From Escherichia phage HK639: 49,576 nt of DNA. A program made the translations under genes and the position numbers. Positions 1 to 10,140 of the stretch are shown here, one piece after another; position 1 is the first letter of the stretch, and each line of letters starts with the position of its first letter. The notes under the pieces were generated by a model that saw nothing but the letters and a program-made list of their open reading frames with translations, ran no database searches and had not been told where the DNA came from. Location: sequence record NC_016158.1; one strand, 5' to 3'.

Positions 1-50
1 ACGCTGTGGTAGCAGAATGGCATTCATCAAAAGCAACTACGGAGTGAGTA

Positions 51-701
51 ATGGCAAAACCGGACTGGGAGGCCATCGAGACGGCGTACCGGGCCGGAGT
101 GATGTCCCTCCGAGAAATAGCGTCACAGCACGGTATCAGTGAAGGCGCTATCCGTAAGCGTGCCAAGCGCGACGACTGGTCGCGTGACCTCAATGCGAAG
201 ATTCAGCAAAAGGCTGATGATCTGGTACGCAAACAGGAGGTACGCAAGCAGGTACGCAACGAAAGCACTTTGACCGAGCGCGTACTGATAGAGGCGACTG
301 CCGAGGTAATTGCCACGGTACGCATGGAGCACCGGGGAGACATCCGCCGGGCTCGTGAATTGACCAACACGCTATTCGATGAACTTGGTGCGCAGTGCGC
401 AGATGTAAGCGCGCTCGAGCAGTTGGGCGACATCATGTTTGATCCCGACGATAAAGGCCGGGACCGGCTCAATGAAATTTATCAGAAAGTGATCAGCCTG
501 CCTTCCCGCGTTAAATCCATGAAAGACCTGAGCGACAGCCTGAAGACGCTGATCGGCCTCGAGCGTGAGGCATACAGCATCGAGAATAAGGCTGAAACGA
601 AAGAGGTCACCCATAACGTCATGCTGGTGCCAACCAGTGACAACGTGGATGACTGGGAGGCGGCAGCGCAGAAACAACAGGACGGGGTGCTCGGTGGATG
701 A
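51..701 (+). CDS. phage terminase small subunit
   Basis: 216-aa ORF with N-terminal HTH-like segment (SLREIASQHGISEGAIRKRAKRDDW); stop overlaps the start of the large terminase; purine-rich RBS before ATG. Confidence 0.7.
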   Translation: MAKPDWEAIETAYRAGVMSLREIASQHGISEGAIRKRAKRDDWSRDLNAKIQQKADDLVRKQEVRKQVRNESTLTERVLIEATAEVIATVRMEHRGDIRRARELTNTLFDELGAQCADVSALEQLGDIMFDPDDKGRDRLNEIYQKVISLPSRVKSMKDLSDSLKTLIGLEREAYSIENKAETKEVTHNVMLVPTSDNVDDWEAAAQKQQDGVLGG

Positions 702-2269
702 ATTACAAAGCTGTATGGAAGCCACTGCCTGGATCTCAGTCCCTGGCGCTGAGCTGCCCGTGTAACGAAATCCTGTTCGAGGGCACTCGCGGACCGGGCA
801 AGACAGCTGCGCAGTTAGCCAGGTTCAGGCGTAATGTCGGCGTAGGTTATGGCTCGTTCTGGCGCGGCGTCATTTTCGACACCGAGTATAAAAACCTTGC
901 CGACATCATCACTCAGTCGAAGCGCATGTTTCGCCTGTTCAACGACGGTGCGCGCTATCTGTCATCTGCGAGCGAATTGCGATGGGTGTGGCCAACGGGC
1001 GAGGAGCTTCTCTTCCGCTTCGGCAAAGAGGCAGACGACTACTGGGATTTCCACGGTCAGGAATTCCCGTTTATCGGCTTTAACGAGCTGACGAAACAGC
1101 AGTCTCCAGAGTTCTATGAAATGATGTTCTCCTGCCGCCGATCATCGTTCAGGCCGGAAAACTACCCGCTGGAGAATGGCAAGTTATTGAGGCCAATCCC
1201 GCTGGAGACGTTCAGCACGACCAACCCGTTCGGCATCGGGCATACCTGGGTGAAGAAGCGCTTCATTGAGCCAGCGCCGCGCGGAACCGTGCAGCGCGAC
1301 CGGCAAATGGTGTTCAACCCTCAGACAGAACGAGAAGAGGAAATCACGCTGACCCGCGTGGCAATCCACGGCTCGTTCAAAGAGAACCCGTACCTCGATC
1401 CGCAGTACATCGCAACGCTGATGGCCATCAAAGACCCGAATCGCCGTAAGGCGTGGGTTGAGGGCTCGTGGGATGTTACCAGCGGCGGACGTTTCGACCA
1501 TCTGTGGAATGCCTCGCATCATGTCATCAAGCCATTCCGCATACCGGATAGCTGGACGGTCGACCGCTCGCATGACTGGGGCGAATCGAAACCGTTTTCC
1601 AACCTCTGGTGGGCACGATCCGACGGAACCGCCGCAGAACTGCCTGATGGCCGCCAGTTCTGCCCGCCTGCTGGGACGCTGATTCTTATTGGCGAGTGGT
1701 ACGGCTGCCCACCGGACGAGCTGAACAAAGGCCTGAATATGTCATCAACAAACGTCGCTAAGGGCGTTGCCTGGGTAGATAAACGACTGGTGGGCGATGA
1801 ACTTGCTGAGCCTGACGAAATCAAGCTTAACGGGGTGACGCAGGGGCAACTGAACATCATGCCTGGAATCTGTAAGAAGGTTACACCGGGCCCGGCTGAC
1901 AGCGCCATTTACAATACAGGCGATGATGAACTCTCCATTGCGCAGAAGATGGAGTCCCAGGGCGTTAAATGGCTTGAGGCAAACAAAAAGCCGGGATCTC
2001 GCGTTAACGGCGCCGCTCTGTTTGCCGATATGCTCGAAGCTGTCAATGAAGGTAAGAAACTGGAATCCGGCATCCCGGAGAAACCTGCATTTTACGTATT
2101 CGACTACTGCCGTGGCTGGATCAGCCGTGTGCCGGTACTCGTGCGCGACAGTAAAAACCCCGACGATGTAGATACCCAACAGGAAGATCACGACTGGGAT
2201 GCTACCCGATATGCCGTTCTGCATTCACCGCCGAAGAGAGTCGGCAAAGTCACCAATCTGAGGCTCTAA
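698..2269 (+). CDS. phage terminase large subunit (ATPase/nuclease)
   Basis: 523 aa; Walker A-like GTRGPGKT near N-terminus; acidic nuclease-like C-terminal half; position after small terminase. Confidence 0.8.
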   Translation: MNYKAVWKPLPGSQSLALSCPCNEILFEGTRGPGKTAAQLARFRRNVGVGYGSFWRGVIFDTEYKNLADIITQSKRMFRLFNDGARYLSSASELRWVWPTGEELLFRFGKEADDYWDFHGQEFPFIGFNELTKQQSPEFYEMMFSCRRSSFRPENYPLENGKLLRPIPLETFSTTNPFGIGHTWVKKRFIEPAPRGTVQRDRQMVFNPQTEREEEITLTRVAIHGSFKENPYLDPQYIATLMAIKDPNRRKAWVEGSWDVTSGGRFDHLWNASHHVIKPFRIPDSWTVDRSHDWGESKPFSNLWWARSDGTAAELPDGRQFCPPAGTLILIGEWYGCPPDELNKGLNMSSTNVAKGVAWVDKRLVGDELAEPDEIKLNGVTQGQLNIMPGICKKVTPGPADSAIYNTGDDELSIAQKMESQGVKWLEANKKPGSRVNGAALFADMLEAVNEGKKLESGIPEKPAFYVFDYCRGWISRVPVLVRDSKNPDDVDTQQEDHDWDATRYAVLHSPPKRVGKVTNLRL

Positions 2270-2273
2270 TTCC

Positions 2274-3674
2274 ATGCCTGACATTTCAACACCCAATCTG
2301 GACTATGGGAACATGGTCGAGGCGTGGGATATCAACGATGCCCTGATGGGCGGCACGCTCTATATGCGACAGCTGGGCGAGCAATATCTACCGCGCTGGC
2401 CGAAAGAAGACAAAGAGGACTACAAAAAACGCCTCGCCGTGGCCACGCTTCTGCCAGCCTACGAAGAGACCATTAAGCAAAACATCGGGCGTGTATTTGC
2501 TGAGCCCATTAAGCTTGCCGAGAATGTGCCGGATCAGCTGCGAGAGTATGCGAAAAACTTCGACCTTGAGGGGACGCGCCTGGACGTATGGGCGCAGGCA
2601 TTCTTCGGTCTGGCGATGCAGTATGGCCTCTCCCACGCGCTGGTGGATTATCCCAGGGTGGACACCGAAAAGGTGAAAACCAAAGCGGAAGAGAAAGCTA
2701 CTGGCGCGCGCCCATACGTCACCATGCTCAATCCCCGGCAGGTGATCGGATGGAAGTCGAAAATGGTAGACGGCAAAGTGGTGCTGACCGAGCTGCGTAT
2801 CAAAGAGGTAGTTATCGAGGACGGCGACGACTTCGGGCAGACAAAGGTCGAGCAAATTCGTTATCTGACACCTGGAATGGTGCAAATCTACCGCAAGTCG
2901 AAAGGTATCGATGGGGCGGCGAACTGGGAGAAGTTCGACGAATGGACAACATCTCGTAAGGACATAACACTGGTGACGCTCTACACCAAGCGCACCGGGT
3001 TTATGTGTGGTTCACCTCCACTGCTCAATATGGCTCTGCTGAACATCAAGCACTGGCAGAGTCAAAGCGAGCAGGACAACATTCTGCATGTCGCCAGGGT
3101 GCCGTTGCTCACGGTGTTCGGTTTGGAAGAGGGGCAAGAGCTGATAATTGGCTCGTCTTCAGCTACGTCGTTCACTGATCGGCAAAAGCAGGGTCTGGAA
3201 TACGTCGAGCATACAGGCTCCTCCATCGGTGCTGGTAAAGAGTCGCTGGCAGAACTTGTGGAGCAGATGCGCCAGGCTGGTGCGAAGCTGCTGCGTACGG
3301 AAAACACCTCTACCAAATCGGTAGACCAGACCTCCGAAGAGAAAATGCAGGAGCAGTCACCGCTCTACACCATGGCTACCAGCCTTGAAGATGCGATCGA
3401 CAACATTCTGCAAATCATGGCCGAGTACATCGGCGAGAAAGATGGTGGCAACGTTGATGTTCGCACCGAGCTGGATGTTGAGTCGAAAGAATTCAACCCG
3501 CCTGCTGCACTGGCTATTCAGTCCCTGCGCCAGGGCGGTGACCTTCGCCGTATCGATGCGATTAAAGCCCTGCAAAAACTCAACCTGATTGATGCCGATG
3601 CGGATCCTGATACGGTGCTGAGCGAGTTGCTGGCCGAGTCTGCGTCGCTGAGTGAACCACCGCCGGGGGTGTGA
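2274..3674 (+). CDS. portal protein
   Basis: 466 aa, directly downstream of large terminase and upstream of head morphogenesis gene; size and position typical of portal. Confidence 0.6.
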   Translation: MPDISTPNLDYGNMVEAWDINDALMGGTLYMRQLGEQYLPRWPKEDKEDYKKRLAVATLLPAYEETIKQNIGRVFAEPIKLAENVPDQLREYAKNFDLEGTRLDVWAQAFFGLAMQYGLSHALVDYPRVDTEKVKTKAEEKATGARPYVTMLNPRQVIGWKSKMVDGKVVLTELRIKEVVIEDGDDFGQTKVEQIRYLTPGMVQIYRKSKGIDGAANWEKFDEWTTSRKDITLVTLYTKRTGFMCGSPPLLNMALLNIKHWQSQSEQDNILHVARVPLLTVFGLEEGQELIIGSSSATSFTDRQKQGLEYVEHTGSSIGAGKESLAELVEQMRQAGAKLLRTENTSTKSVDQTSEEKMQEQSPLYTMATSLEDAIDNILQIMAEYIGEKDGGNVDVRTELDVESKEFNPPAALAIQSLRQGGDLRRIDAIKALQKLNLIDADADPDTVLSELLAESASLSEPPPGV

Positions 3675-3675
3675 A

Positions 3676-4782
3676 ATGGCCCGCTCCGTTAACGACCGCC
3701 TGCAGGACGAAACGATAGCGCACGGCCTGTATGTAAACCGCTACGGTACTGGCGTCGCTCGTCGGATGGTGGCGCTGCTCAGCAAGATGGATGCCGACCT
3801 GGCTGCCAAACTGCTGGTGCTGCTGGATGGTAAGCGTGCCGATACCTACAGCGCTCGCCGCTTGGCTTCGCTGCTGGCTGGTGTGCGCGTACTGAATCAA
3901 CAGGCCTATGAACCGGTGAATGCTGCGCTGGCACGTGAACTGACGCGCTACGTTGAGTATGAGGTCGGTTATCAGTTTGACCTTTTCAGCAACATCATTC
4001 CGAAGCAGATCCTCAGGCATGTACCGCTCCAGAGCATCGCGCCTGAGCAGGTTTACGCCTCAGCAGTGGCTCAGCCATTCCAGGGGCGCTTGCTGAAGGA
4101 GTGGGGCCAGAAGCTTGAAACGGATCGGCTGGATAAAATCACCAACGCTGTGCGCACCGGTTTCCTTCAGGGTGAAACGGTAGATCAGATCGTTAAACGC
4201 GTTGCCGGAACGCAGAAACTCAATCGTGAAGATGGGGTGATTAACGCCTCACGTCGCGACCTGGCGGTGGTGGCCCGCACGGCTGTAAATCACATGGCCG
4301 CTACTGCGCGTCAGGAGTTCGCACAGGGCAACAGCGATATCGTAAAGGCCAAACAGTGGTCCTCAACGCTGGACACTCATACCAGCCAGTGGTGCATTAT
4401 CCGCGACCGAAAGCTTTACACGCTCGACGGCAAGCCGCTGGGGCATGAAATTCCGTATCTGCGCGGACCCGGCAAAATTCATTTCTGCTGTCGCTCCGGT
4501 GAAATCCTGATTACCAAATCGTGGGAAGAGATGCAGATAGCCTCTGGCGAGCTGAGCATCGCCACGCGCGCCTCAATGGACGGACAGGTGCCATCGCATA
4601 CCAGCTATGCCGAATGGCTCGTCAGGCAACCGTACGCACGGCAGGAGCAGGTGCTGGGCGTTACTCGCGCGCGGATGCTGCGTGACGGCAAAATCACGGT
4701 ACCAGAGATGTTCAACGATGCCGGGGAGTTCCTTACCTTGGACGAACTGCGCCGCGTGGATGCGTCGGCGTTTGAGGGGTAA
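3676..4782 (+). CDS. head morphogenesis protein (Mu F / SPP1 gp7-like)
   Basis: ORF 3652..4782; start taken at ATG 3676 just after portal stop; position between portal and scaffold. Confidence 0.55.
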   Translation: MARSVNDRLQDETIAHGLYVNRYGTGVARRMVALLSKMDADLAAKLLVLLDGKRADTYSARRLASLLAGVRVLNQQAYEPVNAALARELTRYVEYEVGYQFDLFSNIIPKQILRHVPLQSIAPEQVYASAVAQPFQGRLLKEWGQKLETDRLDKITNAVRTGFLQGETVDQIVKRVAGTQKLNREDGVINASRRDLAVVARTAVNHMAATARQEFAQGNSDIVKAKQWSSTLDTHTSQWCIIRDRKLYTLDGKPLGHEIPYLRGPGKIHFCCRSGEILITKSWEEMQIASGELSIATRASMDGQVPSHTSYAEWLVRQPYARQEQVLGVTRARMLRDGKITVPEMFNDAGEFLTLDELRRVDASAFEG

Positions 4783-4784
4783 TC

Positions 4785-4901
4785 ATGCCTCAGATAATGG
4801 TTGGCTTGGTCTCGATTGCATTGGGGCTGGCGGCAATAGTCATATCCTCGCGAAGTATCTACGAAATGTGGCGCTTCATGAGGGAGCAAAAGAACAAATA
4901 G
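4785..4901 (+). CDS. small hydrophobic peptide (38 aa), putative membrane protein
   Basis: MPQIMVGLVSIALGLAAIVISS...; RBS GAGGGG upstream; followed immediately by an intrinsic terminator; below the ORF-track size cutoff. Confidence 0.3.
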   Translation: MPQIMVGLVSIALGLAAIVISSRSIYEMWRFMREQKNK

Positions 4902-4926
4902 GTCGCTTCGGCGGCCTTTTTTATGC
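4902..4926 (+). terminator. rho-independent terminator
   Basis: GGTCGC-TTCG-GCGGCC hairpin followed by TTTTTTAT. Confidence 0.6.
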
Positions 4927-5003
4927 CTGCCGTTGAGCGGATGCGACGCGGTGACCGGGTCGGATGACCTATTACCAATGGCCGGAAGGCTGGAGCAAAA
5001 ACA

Positions 5004-5756
5004 ATGAAACTGAAACTTGATGCTAACGGAAATGTGGTCGTTGAAAACGGTATGCCTGTGTACATCCATGATGACGGCAAAGAGATCCCGTTCGACGCAG
5101 CCGCAGCGATGACCAAAATCACCTCCCTGAACGGTGAAGCTAAAACTCACCGTGAAGCGAAGGAGGCGGCGGAAGCCAGTCTCGCGAAATTCTCTGGCAT
5201 CACCGACCCGGCCAAGGCGCTCGAAGCCCTGGAGATGATGACCAAAATCGACCAGAAAAAACTGATCGATGCTGGTGCCGTTGACCAGGTAAAGGCGGAG
5301 ATCACCAAAGTTTTCCAACAGCAACTCGAAGAGGCGAACAGCAAGACCCAGCAACTGGAAACTCAACTCTACGACGAGATGATCGGCGGCCGCTTCGGTG
5401 GCTCCAAATTCATTTCAGAGAAGATGGCGATCCCGGCTGAGTTCGTGCGTTCGTACTTCGGGCAGAACTTCAAAATCGAAGACGGCAAGGTCGTGGCCTT
5501 CGACGGTCAGGGCAATAAGGTGTTCTCTCGCACCAAGCCTGGCGAGCTGGCTAGCTTCGACGAAGCGCTGGAGTCACTGGTCGAGTCGCATCCGCAGAAA
5601 GATTACATCCTCAAAGCGTCCGGTAACAGCGGCGGCGGTTCTCACCAGTCGCAGCACCAGGCCGGGCAAAAAACCATGAAACGCGATGCGTTTGATGCAT
5701 TACCTCCAGCAGAGCAACAGGCTGTGATTGGCGGCGGCACAAGCATCGTTGATTAA
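5004..5756 (+). CDS. scaffolding protein
   Basis: 250 aa, Ala/Glu/Lys-rich coiled-coil-like composition, directly upstream of the major capsid gene. Confidence 0.6.
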   Translation: MKLKLDANGNVVVENGMPVYIHDDGKEIPFDAAAAMTKITSLNGEAKTHREAKEAAEASLAKFSGITDPAKALEALEMMTKIDQKKLIDAGAVDQVKAEITKVFQQQLEEANSKTQQLETQLYDEMIGGRFGGSKFISEKMAIPAEFVRSYFGQNFKIEDGKVVAFDGQGNKVFSRTKPGELASFDEALESLVESHPQKDYILKASGNSGGGSHQSQHQAGQKTMKRDAFDALPPAEQQAVIGGGTSIVD

Positions 5757-5773
5757 TCGAAAGGAATAAATAC

Positions 5774-6910
5774 ATGTCTAATACTTTGACTGGCCTGATC
5801 CCGACCATTTATACGGCGCTTAACCGCGTTTCACGTGAGCAGGTAGGTTTTATCCCGGCAGTGGCTCGTAACGCTAAGGCCGATGCCGCGGCCAAAGACC
5901 AAACCGTGACCGCACCGGTAGCACCAAAAACCACCACCGTTGATATCACTCCGGCGGCAACCGCGCCAAACGACGGTGATCAGAACATTGGTACCGTGGA
6001 TGTCAAAATCACCAAATCAAAAATGGCTCCGGTCAAATGGAACGGTGAAGAACAGTTGGCGATGGGGCCATCAGGTAACTACGACGTTATCCTTGCCGAT
6101 CAGTTTTCTCAGGCCTTCCGCGCGCTGAGCAACGAAATGGACGCAGACCTGGCTGCGCTGTTCTACAAATCTTCCCGTGCAGTTGGTTCACCAAAAGAGA
6201 CGCCATTCAGCATTAAAGACGATCTGTCTGATGCAGCGCTGGCGCGTCAGATTTTAGTGGATAACGGTGCACCGACTACCGACATGCGCATGGTGCTGGG
6301 CGGCGAAGCGATGGCCTCAATTCGCGGAAAACAGTCGGTTCTGTTCAAAGCGAACGAAGCAGGTACCGATCAGCTTCTGCGTGAAGGTATTATTGGCCGC
6401 GTGATGGGCTTTAACCTTCACGAATCCGCCAACATCAAGCGCACAGCGAAAAGTACGGCGGCGGGCTATACGGTCAACGGCGCGAAGCAGGAAGGCGATA
6501 TCATCATCGCTATCTCCACAGGTACCGGTGGTATCGCAGCAGGCACTGCGGTTAAGTTCGATGGCGACTTTAACCAGTATCTGGTTGTGGCCTCTACGGC
6601 CTCAAGCATCACTATCGCAGCACCGGGACTGCGCCAGGATCTGGCAGACCAGACAGCTATTACCGTTGTGAGCGAATTCACACCAAACATGGCATTCGAC
6701 CGCAATGCTTTCCTGCTGGCGTGCCGCACCCCGGCAATGCCAAAAGGCGGAGACACCGCCGACGATGTGATGAATGTTACCGACCCGGTGTCAGGCATCA
6801 CCTTCCAGATCGCGCTCTATCGCCAGTACCGTCAGGTGCGTTACGAGGTTGGCGTGGCATGGGGTGTGGCATCTGTTCAGCCTGAACACTCCACCATCAT
6901 CATGGGTTAA
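5774..6910 (+). CDS. major capsid protein
   Basis: 378 aa; RBS AAAGGA; follows scaffold gene; strong terminal codon usage consistent with highly expressed structural gene. Confidence 0.7.
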   Translation: MSNTLTGLIPTIYTALNRVSREQVGFIPAVARNAKADAAAKDQTVTAPVAPKTTTVDITPAATAPNDGDQNIGTVDVKITKSKMAPVKWNGEEQLAMGPSGNYDVILADQFSQAFRALSNEMDADLAALFYKSSRAVGSPKETPFSIKDDLSDAALARQILVDNGAPTTDMRMVLGGEAMASIRGKQSVLFKANEAGTDQLLREGIIGRVMGFNLHESANIKRTAKSTAAGYTVNGAKQEGDIIIAISTGTGGIAAGTAVKFDGDFNQYLVVASTASSITIAAPGLRQDLADQTAITVVSEFTPNMAFDRNAFLLACRTPAMPKGGDTADDVMNVTDPVSGITFQIALYRQYRQVRYEVGVAWGVASVQPEHSTIIMG

Positions 6911-6951
6911 CCCAGGGGGGGCTTCGGCCCCTTTGTTATTCAGGAGGCCCA

Positions 6952-7137
6952 ATGGCCGGATTAACCAAAGAGCAGCGCGCGCAGCGTGACGCGGAAAAGC
7001 TTGCAGCTCAGCAGGGTATTGAGCTGGTGGTCATGGTGCGTGACACCCCAGAGTTCCCCGGCGGCCCGCTGAGCGCTGAGGTTCACCATGACGAAGTGGA
7101 TAACTGGCAGGCGCTGGACTGGCGTCTGGAGGAATAA
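6952..7137 (+). CDS. small head-associated protein (hypothetical)
   Basis: 61 aa, RBS AGGAGG, tightly packed between capsid and connector genes. Confidence 0.45.
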   Translation: MAGLTKEQRAQRDAEKLAAQQGIELVVMVRDTPEFPGGPLSAEVHHDEVDNWQALDWRLEE

Positions 7138-7139
7138 CC

Positions 7140-7622
7140 ATGCTGGTTGCTGATCCCCACTCTCCAGACTTTAACAGCTACGCCAGCGCGTCCGACCTGC
7201 GGGTCTTTGCCGCCGCGCGCGGATACACCATACCTGCCGAAGATGGCGAGTGTAGCCAGATGCTGATGCAGGCAATGGACTTTCTGGAAGGGAAGGCCTG
7301 GCGCGGTCAGCGCTCCAGCGCATCTCAGCCTCTATCCTGGCCTCGCTCAGGCGTACGCTTCGATGGTGTGGAGCTGCAGGATGATGCTATTCCACAGCGC
7401 CTGATTGATGCCCAATGCCGCCTGGCTATTGAGTCGCAGGAGATTGACCTCACGCCGTCGGTCTCCGGTGGCGGCGCGGTCATAGCTGAGAGCGTACAGG
7501 GGGCCGTCTCTGTGCAGTACGAGCCGGGAACGAATAAGGCTACTCCATCATTCCCTTGGTTCTATTCCTCGCTGCGCGGGCTTGTGGTTGGCGGCAACCA
7601 GGTCCGGATCGAAAGGGGGTAG
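7140..7622 (+). CDS. head-tail connector / adaptor protein (putative)
   Basis: 160 aa ORF in head-tail joining block; RBS GGAGGAA. Confidence 0.45.
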   Translation: MLVADPHSPDFNSYASASDLRVFAAARGYTIPAEDGECSQMLMQAMDFLEGKAWRGQRSSASQPLSWPRSGVRFDGVELQDDAIPQRLIDAQCRLAIESQEIDLTPSVSGGGAVIAESVQGAVSVQYEPGTNKATPSFPWFYSSLRGLVVGGNQVRIERG

Positions 7623-7623
7623 C

Positions 7624-7977
7624 ATGGCAATCGACTATCGCCGCATGCGCGCCACGGCAACTCGGCTGCTGAGGGAGAATGGCAAGTCCTACCAATTGAC
7701 CCGCGGCGGCACTACCACTCGCGATCAGTTCGGGAAAGAGGTCACCACCCCGGCAATTACCGCGACCGTGACCGGAGTTATCACCGAATACTCCTCCCGA
7801 GAAATCGACGGCTCCATGATCGCCACCGGCGATAAGAAGCTGGCGGCCACATTCGAAACGGAAGTGCGCATTGATGACCGCATTGAAATCGACGGCAAAA
7901 AGTGGCGTGTGGTGCAGCCGAATCCGGTTAAGCCTGCTGATGTGCTTATCTCCTACAACATCCAACTGAGGGCGTGA
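7624..7977 (+). CDS. head-tail joining protein (putative)
   Basis: ORF track 7582..7977; start chosen at ATG 7624 preceded by GGGGG RBS, non-overlapping with upstream gene. Confidence 0.45.
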   Translation: MAIDYRRMRATATRLLRENGKSYQLTRGGTTTRDQFGKEVTTPAITATVTGVITEYSSREIDGSMIATGDKKLAATFETEVRIDDRIEIDGKKWRVVQPNPVKPADVLISYNIQLRA

Positions 7978-7979
7978 GT

Positions 7980-8579
7980 ATGGCCAGTACTGCTAATCAG
8001 CCGTTCCTGGCTGCCATTCAGTTGTTCGTGGATAGCTCAAAAGAGGAGGTGGATGAGGTGGTACGCAGGACGGGTATTAAAATCCTCGCTCAGTTGGTGG
8101 AGATGTCTCCAATTGGTAACCCCGACCTCTGGCAGGTGAACCAGACAGCATCGGCCTATAACGATGCAGTTCGGGAGCATAACGCGAACCTACGTGATAA
8201 TCCGGCTAACCTCACCAAAGCCGGGCGGCTCAAGCGCGGCCTGCGCGTAAACGACTCGATGGACATCAAAAAGCCTGAGGGTTATGTCGGTGGTCGGTTC
8301 AAGAACAACTGGTATGTCGGGTTCGATAGCCAGCCAACGGAGACGAACGATACCCCGGACGCTTCGGGGCAGGGTTCCAACTCCCGCGGGCTGGCGGTGC
8401 TCGAAGTGTTCCGGGTGGGGCAGGTGAACTCGATTTACTTTACCAATAACCTGCCATATGCGGCAGCGCTGGAAAACGGTCATTCCACCCAGGCGCCGGG
8501 CGGGATGGTGGGCATTACAGCTATCGACGCGGCGCAGCTATTCCGTGAGGCAATGAGCGAGGTGCGCAATGGCCGGTGA
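7980..8579 (+). CDS. tail completion / neck protein (putative)
   Basis: ORF 7974..8579; ATG at 7980; position in head-tail joining block. Confidence 0.45.
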   Translation: MASTANQPFLAAIQLFVDSSKEEVDEVVRRTGIKILAQLVEMSPIGNPDLWQVNQTASAYNDAVREHNANLRDNPANLTKAGRLKRGLRVNDSMDIKKPEGYVGGRFKNNWYVGFDSQPTETNDTPDASGQGSNSRGLAVLEVFRVGQVNSIYFTNNLPYAAALENGHSTQAPGGMVGITAIDAAQLFREAMSEVRNGR

Positions 8580-9018
8580 TCAGTCAATGCGTATCGCTGG
8601 CCTGCTGGAAGGTCGCGTCGCGGTTATCTGCTCCTCGCTCGGGCTGCCGCTGGCCTGGCCGAACATCGCGTTTACTCCACCGGATAATGCGCCGTACGGG
8701 CGTGTTTACGTTCTTCCGGCGCAAACCGTGGGGCAGGATCTGGAAGGTCAGTTGCGTACATATCAGGGGATCTTGCAGGTAAACATCATTACTCCCGCAG
8801 GCTCAGGCGTGAGCCAGGCGAGAGGGCTGGCCCAGTCGGTGGCAGATGCATTCCCTGAAGGACTGCCGCTGGTGGACGGTGATCTGACGGTTTACATCAA
8901 CGGGCCGCCGCAGGTGAGACAACCCATCCAGGACCGGCCAACCTCGGCGCCCAACGGGTCCAGTGGCTCCATAACCTACACCATTCCCGTCAGCATGCAG
9001 TACCGCGCTGACTACTGA
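8569..9018 (+). CDS. tail terminator-like protein (putative)
   Basis: 149 aa immediately upstream of major tail protein gene. Confidence 0.45.
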   Translation: MAGDQSMRIAGLLEGRVAVICSSLGLPLAWPNIAFTPPDNAPYGRVYVLPAQTVGQDLEGQLRTYQGILQVNIITPAGSGVSQARGLAQSVADAFPEGLPLVDGDLTVYINGPPQVRQPIQDRPTSAPNGSSGSITYTIPVSMQYRADY

Positions 9019-9064
9019 CCCGCCAGATGGCGGGTTTTTTATTAGCTAAATTCAGGAGAGTGCT

Positions 9065-9997
9065 ATGGCATTCGCAATCCCTAACGGCTCGCGTGTGAAC
9101 GTGGCCAAGGCCTATCAAGCCCCAATCACCTTTACCGCAGCCTCTAACGCGACGGAATGCGAACTGACCGTTGCATCGGCCTCCGGCATTCTGGCCGGTG
9201 ACGTAGTTCAGGTGAGTTCCGGCTGGTTAAAGCTCGATAACATGGTGCTGCGCGTAAAATCGGTGACCAGTAATAAAATCGTGCTGGAAGCACTCGATAC
9301 TACCGACACCACCAAATTCCCGGCAGGCACTGGCGCGGGAACGCTGCGCAAAATCGACTCATGGATCACCATGCCTCAGGTGATGACACTATCAACTGAA
9401 GGTGGTGACCAGCAGACCATCAGTGTGCAGTTCCTCGAAGATGACAAAGCGCGAACTATCCCAACGTTTAAAAACGCGGTGGTTCAGGTTTACACCTTTG
9501 CGCATGACCCTCAACTGGCGATCTACAAACGCCTCATTGACCTGGATGACTCCAGCGATACAACGGCGGTCTGGTTCCATAACCCACGCGGCAAAGCCGA
9601 TCGTTTCTACTCAGCCAAAGTATCGTTCCAGCGCGTACCGCGCACGGAAATCAACGCCGTGGAAAGTAACGAAGCGCGTATGAACTTCGAATCGGACATG
9701 CAGATTTACCCGATCGCCGATTCATCCGTGACGCCGCTGGCGTTCCTGACCGACCTGCCGGCCACCAAATCGGTTGCCACAGGCGCAGCGCTGGATCTGG
9801 CGGTGGTAATGAAGGGCGGCTCAGCACCTTACACCTACGTATGGAAGAAAGGCAGCACCGCTATTCCGGGCAAAACCGCATCGACGTTCAACATTTCGTC
9901 TGTCGCATCCGGTGATGCTGGCGTTTACACCTGTGAAGTCACCGACGCCGCGGGAAAAACCATCACCTCGGCTGCGTGTACTGTCACGGTCAGCTAA
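9065..9997 (+). CDS. major tail (tube) protein with C-terminal Ig-like domain
   Basis: 310 aa; RBS AGGAGA; C-terminal ~90 aa Ig-like segment (YTYVWKKGSTAIPGKTASTFNISSVASGDAGVYTCEVTDAAG); followed by terminator. Confidence 0.75.
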   Translation: MAFAIPNGSRVNVAKAYQAPITFTAASNATECELTVASASGILAGDVVQVSSGWLKLDNMVLRVKSVTSNKIVLEALDTTDTTKFPAGTGAGTLRKIDSWITMPQVMTLSTEGGDQQTISVQFLEDDKARTIPTFKNAVVQVYTFAHDPQLAIYKRLIDLDDSSDTTAVWFHNPRGKADRFYSAKVSFQRVPRTEINAVESNEARMNFESDMQIYPIADSSVTPLAFLTDLPATKSVATGAALDLAVVMKGGSAPYTYVWKKGSTAIPGKTASTFNISSVASGDAGVYTCEVTDAAGKTITSAACTVTVS

Positions 9998-10003
9998 CCA
10001 CTC

Positions 10004-10027
10004 GGGCCCGGTACGCCGGGCTTTTTT
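10004..10027 (+). terminator. rho-independent terminator after major tail gene
   Basis: CCCGG-TACG-CCGGG hairpin plus TTTTTT. Confidence 0.6.
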
Positions 10028-10140
10028 ATGCGCATCGCACGCGCACATCGAAGAAAGTCTTTCAGCTGTGAGCCTGGGCAAACCGTTAACTTTCGGCGGA
10101 TTTGCCGTGCGACAGGCTCACGTCTAAAAGGAAATGAGAA
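10015..10140 (+). promoter_or_regulatory. conserved leader element, copy A (duplicated at 47237..47378)
   Basis: About 130 nt alignable to the region upstream of the Rha gene: shared GGGCTTTTTTATGCGCATC-CACGCGCA, CTTTCAG, GAGCCTG...CAGGCTCAC inverted repeat and TCTAAAAGG immediately before ATGAAT. Confidence 0.6.

Noticed and set aside
4605-5366. 253-aa minus-strand ORF across head morphogenesis and scaffold genes
   Set aside because: Crosses an intergenic terminator and lies antisense to two structural genes
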